The notes under the pieces are model-generated. The model was not told the origin of the DNA and did no database searches. It saw only the letters and a program-made list of their open reading frames with translations. From Minutocellus sp. GHC0000111 (Eukaryota), in contig OZ361259.1 in assembly GCA_977018835.1 (NCBI GenBank), positions 3,596,001 to 3,660,000 on the forward strand: 64,000 nucleotides of DNA, read 5' to 3'. The number at the start of each line of letters is the position of its first letter. The stretch's first letter is position 1. The position numbers and the translations under genes were made by a program. Of this stretch, positions 13,069 through 22,800 are shown piece by piece.

Positions 13069-14285
13069 GTGAATCCCGACGCAGTTTTTGGCCAACCTCT
13101 CGGCGCAGCGCCGATTCTCCCCACCAAGTTAATCACACGTATGAATGACCCAGGACAACCTCCCCAACACGAGCGTGTTGCCAAAGCGCTCAAGGAACTT
13201 CAACAAGCGGCGGCCAGCATTCCAGCAGGGGGGACAATGATGACCATAACCTCGGCCATTTGGGCCTCGTCGTCAGCGATGCCGAACACACCACCAAAAG
13301 TAACGGCCGACCACATGTGCCTCCGGCAAATCCTGGCCCCAGCCCCACCATTCCCGCCGTGGCCAATCTAGACCAACGCGATCGTGCAATCCGGGGATGT
13401 TACATCGAAAAGGGCCACTACAACTTGTACGAGCAAGTCAACACGGCGCTCAAGAATCTCCTCCTCGACTCGATCGACGCCGTCTACATCAATCATCTCG
13501 AAGATGACATGCTCGGTTTCCAGCCAGTCACCATCCGCCAAATCATCGACAGCATTACCGATCGCTACTTGAAATTCAACGAGACTCAGAAGGAGGAATT
13601 AGAGAAGCAGCTCGAGAAGCAGTGCGACGGGGGACCCATCGACACCCACATCGCCATATTCAACAAAGTCTTCAAGGCGTTTGAAACGGCCGGCGAACCC
13701 TTCACCAACAAGCAAAAGGTCTCCAAGTTCTACCGCTCCGTGCGCAGGTTCTCATTGGCAAAGAAGGCATGCGAGGACTGGGACGACAGACCGGAGGCCG
13801 AACGCACGTGGGCCAACATGCAGTCGGACTTCCGCGATTGGTATGATAAGAAGATGGCCAATACCACCACCGAAGCGGCAGGATATCATGGCGCGAATTT
13901 GGCCTCATCGGCCTCGGACGATCCATTTCTTTCTCGAGCCGATCTCCTTTTGGCTGATACCACCGAAGCCCTCAAGACCAACCAAGCCATGATGGCGAAC
14001 CTCGCCAAAAAGAGCAACGAGAAGGATGATACCATTGCCAAACTTCGCCAAGAAATAGCTTCACTCAAGGCCGAGAACCGCGTTCTGCGTGAGGGACGCA
14101 ACCATACTGGTGGCAGTGGAGGCTACCGCGGCGGTGGCCAACAGAACGGCGCCGGCCACTTCCCAGGCCAAGGTCCTAACCTCAACCGCCAGGAGAAGCG
14201 GGAACTGCAGTCGATCCTCCCCAGAGGCCATTATTGCCACACGTGCGGCTATTCGTCCAACCACCCCAGCTTTGAATGGCTTTAG
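13069..14285 (+). mobile_element. gag: Ty1/Copia (CoDi-like) LTR-retrotransposon gag remnant; pol absent
   Basis: AASIPAGG..HLGLVVS (frameshift at G-run ~13228), ALKNLLLDSIDAVYINHLED..LGF, coiled coil and C-terminal YCHTCG..H knuckle, as I recall for diatom Copia gag. Truncated just before the MITE. Confidence 0.7.
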
Positions 14286-14330
14286 GACCTCTTAGCAAGA
14301 ACAACAGCGGCCCCAAAGCAAAGATACGTA

Positions 14331-15090
14331 TATGTTAGTCCCAAAATGCGCACTGTCCCAGTTCGCGAACTGGGATCCCAGTTTGCGAACTAGGATTTAT
14401 TTATCCCAGTTTGGAAACTGGGATCACAGGCACAATCTCAGTTTGCAAACTGGGATCAATCGAGAAATAATGAATATTTAGCATGGATGATGTCGCCTTT
14501 GCTTCTCCTCACTTCATTTTTTCATAGTGAAGCAACACAGCCCAAACCTGGTCCAGACGTCCAGACGACATTAGTGCCGGAGCTGATGCTCAATAAATTG
14601 GCATTAGCTGATACAAAATACATATAGTGAATAAATAATAATATCTAGCTAGCTGCTTCTGGCAAATATAAGTCATGAACTGTACATGCATCTGTGCTAT
14701 GCCGGCATCATGTTGCTACTGTACCAGTACATGTAGCTTGCAAATTCAAGATATGATGCACAGTGCAACTTGCATTGTAGATAGATCTACCAGTACATAA
14801 TCATTGTGCATGAGCCAACACCGGCAGTAACAGTTACCATTCTGACACTTGCCGAGAATGCCAGTTTCCAAACTGGTATTCATTTTTGTTCCAGTTCGCG
14901 AACTCGTCTGGTTCCCAAATTCGGATTGGCGTGTTTATCTCAGTTTCCATTCTGGTAGTATCAGTGCGCAAACTCAGATCCTAGTTTGGGAACTGGGGCC
15001 CAGTGCGCAAACTGGGATAAATGAATCTCAGTTCGCAAACTGGGATCCCAGTTCGCGAACTGGGACAGTGCGCATTTTGGGACTAACATA
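14331..15090. mobile_element. 760-bp non-autonomous MITE with long TIRs and probable TA TSD
   Basis: TATGTTAGTCCCAAAATGCGCACTGTCCCAGTTCGCGAACTGGGATCCCAGTTTGCGAACT at the left end and its reverse complement at the right end (~60 bp perfect, ~90 bp imperfect). Internal CCCAGTT..AACTGGG subrepeats. TA at 14329-14330 and 15091-15092. Confidence 0.85.
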
Positions 15091-15123
15091 TACATGTAAT
15101 AGTCAAACAAACTACTAGTAAAC

Positions 15124-16477
15124 ATGACGAACCGCCCTTGCCACCTATTCCACCGGCCACAGTTTGTGATAGCATCCTTCTTTCTTGTAATCATCGCCTT
15201 GACAGATGCTTTCGCAAGGCCTATTTCGCTGATCGGAAGCCGCAGCTTCGGCTGCGTGAGTAGCCCTCCCGTTGGGGGCTACTCATGCCTTCCTCACATC
15301 CATTCGCCAACAACACAGTTAAACGCCAAGGGAGGCATCGAACTGGCGGGACTTCTGTACGACTCCACGTCTACTGCATTCGATTGTTGGGAGTGGTACG
15401 ATTCTCCATAATGCAAACACATCTGACTGACTCAAATTGTCCTTGATTTCTTTTTCACTATGATTTCAGGACGGCCAATTTGGGAGCACCAGCCGCGTTG
15501 GTTGCAGGAGCTGTGTTGGTGACGCTTTCGGAAACTAGAGAAACAATGCAGCCAAGAAGAAGTGATAAGCGATGGGTTCGCCTGGCCAAGCAGTGGTTTC
15601 GTTTCCAGGGTTAGGGTTACCCCCTAACCCTAACCCTAAGTGCAGAAGAGTGTCTGAAGCTAACAAATCTTGGCGATCCGGATGTCGCTGATAACTGCGA
15701 TACATAGGAATTCCTATACAAATGTGATTTTGTGATGCACCGCCAGATGAGTTAATAAATTATTGTCCGACCCACACTTTTTGTTTCATTTATTGTTTGA
15801 TGCATTGTTTATTGTGTCATCTAATCAAACCTTTCACGTAGATGTCCAGTTTCGCCCTTGAAGTTGTTTCAATCTTCGTGTCTACTGTTACTGGTACGGT
15901 ACTGCTGTCACATGGCGAGCAAGTTGCCAAGAAGGCGATAGGTTATGTGGCACCACTGGAACTGCTCCATCATCACCATGAGTTTGAGTATTTGACGATC
16001 CAAATTGGATTTTTGCAAGGCCTCTTCAACTGGCTTGTCGCCGTTGCGCTTGAACAGATCATCCCGAAAGAAAACGAAACAAAGAGTGCCCAGCGGATGA
16101 ACAAATGCATGGCCGCATGTATCGTGACGCTATGCATATGGATCCAAGGCTTCTACAACCATCAGTGAGTAGATATGCGGAGGCAGGCTGGGCGAGAAAC
16201 TTCAAAAAAAGCTTTTTTCTATGCATCAGATGGCTTACATGTACTTACTCATTGTTCTCTCTCTCCCATCAAACCAATCCCTTCATTTTTCACCAGTCTC
16301 GGCTTCTATTCAGATTACGCCCACGTTTTGAAAAGATATTCCATTCTTTTCATGAAGAGATATGTCCTCTGTTGGCCAATCCGGCCTCTGGCCCTGTTGT
16401 ACATCCCATCAACGATAGCTTCGCTGGTCTTGGCATGGAGGGCGTTCAACACCAAACCAGAAGAAGATGACGATTAG
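15124..16477 (+). pseudogene. Putative plastid-targeted multi-pass membrane protein, disrupted at 15607; exons 15124-15395, 15470-~15606, 15842-16164, 16297-16477
   Basis: Signal peptide + DAFARP; introns 1 and 3 splice in frame; exon 2 runs into telomere repeats and TAG, and I find no phase-0 GT donor for the acceptor at 15841; several hydrophobic segments. Confidence 0.6.
15607..15639. repeat. Head-to-head interstitial telomeric repeats (TTAGGG / CCCTAA)
   Basis: AGGGTTAGGGTTA-CCCCC-TAACCCTAACCCTAA: 13-bp perfect inverted repeat with a 5-nt loop. Confidence 0.85.
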
Positions 16478-16870
16478 AGGAGAGATATCACACGCCCGCA
16501 TCACAGTCACTTCGTGTGCACTGTATAGCTGTGTGCCATTTTTCGGCATCGACATGCTGGCTTAAGGCCCAGTTCTATACTTGCATTGCACAGGCGGAAT
16601 GCTCGCCCTTGTTCTATCTACCGGTACGTTGTATACTTTGATAAATCGGACATCGGGGCACCTTAGTACAGCCCGGACTATAGCTGTAAGTAAGTCGAAG
16701 ACATGTCAAAGATATTTTAATCTTGCTACTAAAGTAGCCGCCGAGACCGCCTGTGTATTGGAATAACTCCTACTACGTAGCTAGCGGCATTGCTAATTAG
16801 GAATTGTAATATGTATTGCAATATAATTGCCAGAGTAGAAAATTTATCTTCAGCAGGTAGACTGCAAGGC

Positions 16871-19800
16871 TTAATCATTTTCTGCATGGCTATATTCCAG
16901 CCGATGCATAGCACCAATGAGCTTGTTGATTCCGAGGCCAATGCCTCCAAATAATGCCGTCACCAACGCTGTTCCAATTGCACCAAGCCTTGCTGGCCTC
17001 AACACACCCACCAACGCAGCCGCAAAGTACGAAATCAATCTAACTTTGCGCAAATTCTTGAGGGCAACCATGCAGTTTTTGCAGTTCTTTGTGTGCGAGT
17101 TGTAGATATCAAACACGACCTCATTATCAACCGATGGCATCGAGGGGTTATTTTGATATGGGATTCGTCCGCCAGCTTTGTTGCGAATCCAATTCCGGAA
17201 GTTGATGACGCCTTTATCGGCCGTCATTGGCAGTACGGCCTTGGTGTAGTGATACGGCTCATCATTGTCATCAAATTGGAGCGTACTATACTCCTTCTTC
17301 TCGTGCATCATGCGTTCCTGAGCATGCAAAAAGAGTGCATCTTGATTGAGAAAGAGCCCAGCGACGACATGATTCAGCCACTTGGGCATCGGCAGGAGGA
17401 ACGCCTTGAGCAGAGCGGGCACCTGTCCATCCTCACCCTTGATGACAACCTGTCGGCCAATATGGTTACAAAAGCCAGGCCTGGAAGGGGAAGAGTACAG
17501 CTCCAGAATCGACACGGCGCCTTCACCGGCGGGTGATTCAATCTTGACCAAGGATGGAGCGACAAACTCTGTCGTAGAGGTCGGTGGTACTGCAGCTCCT
17601 TCCTCGGGATTTTGCTTCACACTAATCTTGAACCCATCTTTTGTTACTTGACGAACCGTATCAATGAAAAGTGGGTTGGTATCACCGTATCGATTGCCTA
17701 CGACATTGTGGTGGCTCGATGGGACATGCATGTGGCCGAGTAGAGTGTGCCGACCTCTTCTTCTTTTCACAGTGTTCGTCGGTTGCTTGGTTTTTGCGAG
17801 CCTGCGCTTGTGGGTAATAAAATCGAGGGGGGAGCACAAGCGGCCCGCCCGCCCCAGCATCATCAGCAACGCGACGAGGAGCGCAAGCAATCCGAAGCGA
17901 CGTTTGCAATACAGGACCATCCTCAAGCTGAGATGGTGGCCTTGAACGGCGAGGCGGGACTGCCAAGAAGCAGGTTTGCGTGACTTTTCAAACAACCGCG
18001 CCCCTCTCTAGCTAGCTAACTGACCAGTCTTTCAACTGAGAGTCGGCGGACGAGCAGCAGTCCCATCTTGGTCCGTTGTTGTGTTCCACGCCCGACTCGA
18101 CTCTTATTATGGACGAGCCGATGGTATTTGGGCTGGTGGAAAGGGCACGGTGCTGCGTACGATTTTTTTGATACCATTGCTGGCGTTCTGCCCAAGTGCT
18201 CATTCGCGGCGGTCTTGGAGGAGCTGCTGGTTTTCGGTACGGGTGAACCTTGCGTCCCATTGTTGCATGGCCAGTCGATGGAGCGAGGGCCTCGGGCCGG
18301 CATGCTGCCCAATCCCCCCTCCCTCTGTTCTAGACTAGTGCATGTATTGATTGGGATTGTATGGTCGGCCGATAGTGGTATTGGCGTCGGGCAACTTGGC
18401 GTCGTCGGTCTTCGGTCGGCAATGTCCGTTGGAAATATTCCGGCGGAAATTTCTCCGACCGAAAATTTCGGCCGCGCATGCGACAGTCATGTCTCATCCC
18501 CTCACTGTCTTCTTCGACGGCCCAACCCGTATCGGACCTACCACCGCTACTACCTCCCTAGTGTGATATGAAGCTATCAAACCTTGCCGCTGCCGAGCGT
18601 CAGGCCAGTCCTGATGCCAAGCGTCGTCGGGCCCTGGCCGCGGACCGCCGCTCCCGCCTCGACGATCGCGCCCGCCTCGGCCTCGGTGATACCGCCGCTT
18701 CGAGCAAGGGCAGGATGAAGAGGACCATCTGCCTCCTTGCCTGCGTCGCTCTGCTTGCTCCCGTCGATGGGAGCATCCGTTCCGCTCCGCTCCTTCGTCG
18801 TCGAGTTCCTGCTGTTCTGCACGATACCAACGCCGCCCTTGTCGGCATTGCCGACGGGAGCAACTCATCTGCTTCGACCGACAAGGACGATTGGTATGCT
18901 AGATACCGCGACCACCATGTTGCCTCTACGACCACTCGTGGCCATCTCCGCGGTCGCAATCTCGTTTCGGAGGACGACATCATCAACGCATATGCCAAAT
19001 CGTATGCCTCGGAGATTGCTGCGGTTATCACTACCGCTGCCGGTGATGCCGGTGATAACGAGAGCTCTTCCTTCGGTCTCGCTCACATCATCGGTGGCTT
19101 CATCTTGTGGGCTGGGCTTGCAGTTTTCTTTGCTGCCGCTCTTCAGATGATGGCCACCATCTCTGCTGATGTCGACGGCCTCGAATCTCATGAACACGAT
19201 GAGGATGATGATGAGGAGGACGATGAGGACTACGATGATGAAAATGCCGAGTCGGTGGATGAGGATGCGGCTGCCCCGTCAAGGGGCACTACTAGTAATC
19301 CTGACCTCGTCAGACAGGGGTGAGTACACCCAAAAGCAACATGTATGCCATATATATCAATTGCTATGCACATGCTCAACACTCAAACATATTTTTGTGC
19401 TGCCTTTACTTCTGATTACAATTTGATTTCTCAGCTTGAAGGCTTTGTGTGAGCTTGTGTCTCCCGAGAAAGCCGACCAGCTGTACAAGACTGCTCTGCA
19501 CAACATCGAGGAGGAGAGAAAGCTGAATTCTCAAGCTGATGTTGACACCGATGCTGATACTGACGCCAACGCCGATGCCAACGCAACTGCTTCTGCTTTG
19601 ACGAACTACGATCAGCTATGCCTTCAACAAGGAAGAGACTACTTTTCAAAATACTGCAGACACCAGGAGCAAAGGGGTGTGCCAGTCATCGTCCTGCGCA
19701 ATGATTTCATCGCCATCGTCAATGAGATTGAATGCGTGACCTGTGGTTGCGAAAGCCTCGGCGGTATCGACCGGTGGTTTACCTGGCTTCCGTACATTAT

Positions 19801-22800
19801 TGGTAAACTGGTGCCAATGTGTAAGTTTTGTAACCATGGAAAGGGAAACGATCGTCCCGAGGATTTCATTCAGCTGTGCCGCGATATCGAATCAGTTTGG
19901 AAATCACCTGAGCAGAGGCAAAGGCTCGAGAAATGGCAGAAGGAGATGGTCGAAAATCCGAACGAAACTCCCACCGCTATCAGCCCTGATGACTATTTTG
20001 GCTTCCCTGATACGGTAACGGAGGAAAATTGGTAGCAACACGTCCTGACTTCATACGGTGCCGATGTCCTCAAGGCTCTTGAGGAGAAGATCACCTCGCA
20101 CAGAAGTAACAACAAGAAGCGTCAACGCGAACGCCGTGGCAGTGAAGAACGCATCAAGATACACGATGACATGACCGACTTCGAGTTTGCTCGTCGGGCT
20201 GTCGGTCGCTGCTCTGGGTGTAACAAGGTAGCAGATCCCGCCAATTGCATTTTCCTCGGCTGGGACAGCATGCACAATGATATTGGGTACACGAAGCGCA
20301 ACGCATTTGGGATGTGCTTCAGGTGCAACAACTTCAAGTTGGGCTATTTCTTCTCGACATTTGTTGTGAAAGCTATGCAAATTTCGAAATGTACCGAAAG
20401 AGTGCCCATTGCTGAGCTTCGGCAGATTGCCCCTGTCGATGAATTTGCGCTCACCGACTTTGAGAGCGAATCTTTTGTTGATGTTGCAATCACGGCCATC
20501 AAGCGAACTGGGAAGAGCTTCAACAACATTGGATCGTATCCAAGGCACATTGGCAGCATCGACAAGGCCATTGCGGAAGCCGTCGTCCGTCGGAAGGAGG
20601 AAGCCTCGCGGGCTGCAGCGTACTACCCCGACCCGAATGGCGTGGTCTGGAAGAAACGAAGATATCTGTCCTCTTGGGGGGTGATTGATGGAATTTGGCT
20701 TGAAGACGAGGATGACACCCTCTTGGAGGTTGTAGCAACTGCTCTCAACGAAGATCGCGTGTCGCTCAGCATTCAGGAAGACGGTTCTCTGGATTTCGAT
20801 CAGGAGGACATTGAAGTTATCAGACTCGATCTTGCATCAAAGGGCATCAGAAGAATGCCCAAGTCTATTGAATCAAGACTTGGAGGTCAGGTCGGCAATA
20901 TCATCAACACATCTATTGTGCTTGACGATGGCGGTTGTGACGAGGCGAAGCCGAGCGCTGCAAAGGCAGCAGATGATAACGGCACAGGCCACGACTCTCC
21001 AACCGAGCTGAAGGTCAAGTTCAAGAAGAAGCCCCGATACGTCGCCGAGCGAACAGATCAAGAATATCTTCTCAGCGTGTGGTCCCTTTCAAACCCCGAT
21101 CCATATCATCACAACGATGTGCTTGCTGCGGTCAAGAAGAAAGCCGAGTCGCTTGGAGTTGCATTTAACACAGGCAAGTCGTCTTTTCAAAACTTCCGGC
21201 GCACGTACATGTCTCGTCTCTACGACGATGGAAAACTCACACTCTACGAGAGTCTTCGGAACAGAGCATCGTTTGCTCGATGCACAGCCTGCAACAAGGT
21301 CATGCCCCGAGCCCTAAAGAAAGGACAGCTCCCGGGCGAAAGAACATATTGCACGTGCGGAGTGTATGGGCGCTTTGAGCATCTCCCCCAGGCTCCATCC
21401 GCCGCCGAGTGTCCCAATCTGGATTTTTCTTCAGCAAGCAAAGAAAAGGCCAATGCGAGAAGCAAAAAACATATGGAGACCAGCAAGAAGAAGAAGAAGA
21501 AGAAGGGTAGCAAGAAGAGTGGAAACTAATAATAAATAATACGAATACGTTTAGCGTTTGCACAATGCCACACACATGTATCATGATTACCATTGGTAGA
21601 TAACCTTTGATGTCTGTTTTAGTGGATCTCGTCTACTACGGTGGTACATGTACCTGTACTAGAGTACCGGTGCATGTGTTCAATTTCTCAGCCCCCAATG
21701 CCCCCAACCCCCAACCATGGAAAAACGGTCCGTCCGTCGACCGTCGTCCGGCACTGCCGTCACCTTTTTTCATTCTCCGCTGCCGTTCCCCCGAGTCGAG
21801 TACCACCTTAAGGTACCGCTCCACACCAGGCAGCGGAGGATATTATCCACGGTGCAATGTCGTCCCCGACGAGTTTCGACTTCTTGCCGCGCCGGCTGGA
21901 GTCGATCGGCATATCTCCCCCGAAGAAGCGCACAAAGATCGCAAACCCGGCGCTGACTGCCAATCCCAAACAGCGTCCATCTCTCCATCTTCACAACCTT
22001 CAGCCCGAACTCCTGGGTATGATTCTCACTCTCCTTGCCCCCGACATTGCCAATCCGGTCCACGAGGATTGTGGCCTTGTCGATCTCTCTCGGGTATCCA
22101 AAATGTATCGCTCCATGGCTCTTGGTGGCCATGGGTGGAAAGCCATTTGCGTTGCGAGATGGACTGATAAGGTCGGGTTCAAGGACCGGCTCGCCAAGGC
22201 CGAAAAGGAGGCTGCCGAGGAGGTCGATACAAACGAAGGCATTCTTGGTAGTTATTGGTACAGGAAATTTGGTATTGAGGAGCGGAACGCATCGAGGAAT
22301 CGCATTACGCGATCGGAACTGAACGATAAAATTTTCAGTATTCGTCTCTGGTTCTTTGCCAAATCATACCCCCCATCGGTCAAAAGAGAGAAGGGAGTCG
22401 CACCCTCTGGTCTTCATGGCGCATCCATATCTGATAATATGCGATTCCTTCCCGGCGGTCGGCAAGTATCCGGCCTACCCGAACGATTCAGTACCATGTA
22501 TTATGAGATGAATGATGAGGGAACTGTCGTCAACTTCGGTACGCCTCTGAAGAACGGTACGAACCATCTTTTGCTGTCCCTCCAAGTCCATCGTAGATCA
22601 GATTGGGGATGGGAACTTCGCTCCAATCTGTATTGTATCAGATCTATATCTGGCGCTACGAATGTGGAAGAAGTTTGGAAGGAATATACATCTTGTCTTG
22701 TGGTGGAAAAAAGGAAGGATGGCACAAAAGTCAATCGAAGGAAGGTGGAGTACAATTACAGGCAGATTCCAAATGTCGATAATCTCAAAGAATATCTCGT

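Noticed and set aside
16871..17995. 374-aa ORF (and the 267-aa ORF 23726-24529) as stand-alone genes
   Set aside because: They are the two halves of one interrupted oxygenase; their extra residues are read-through into the insertion.
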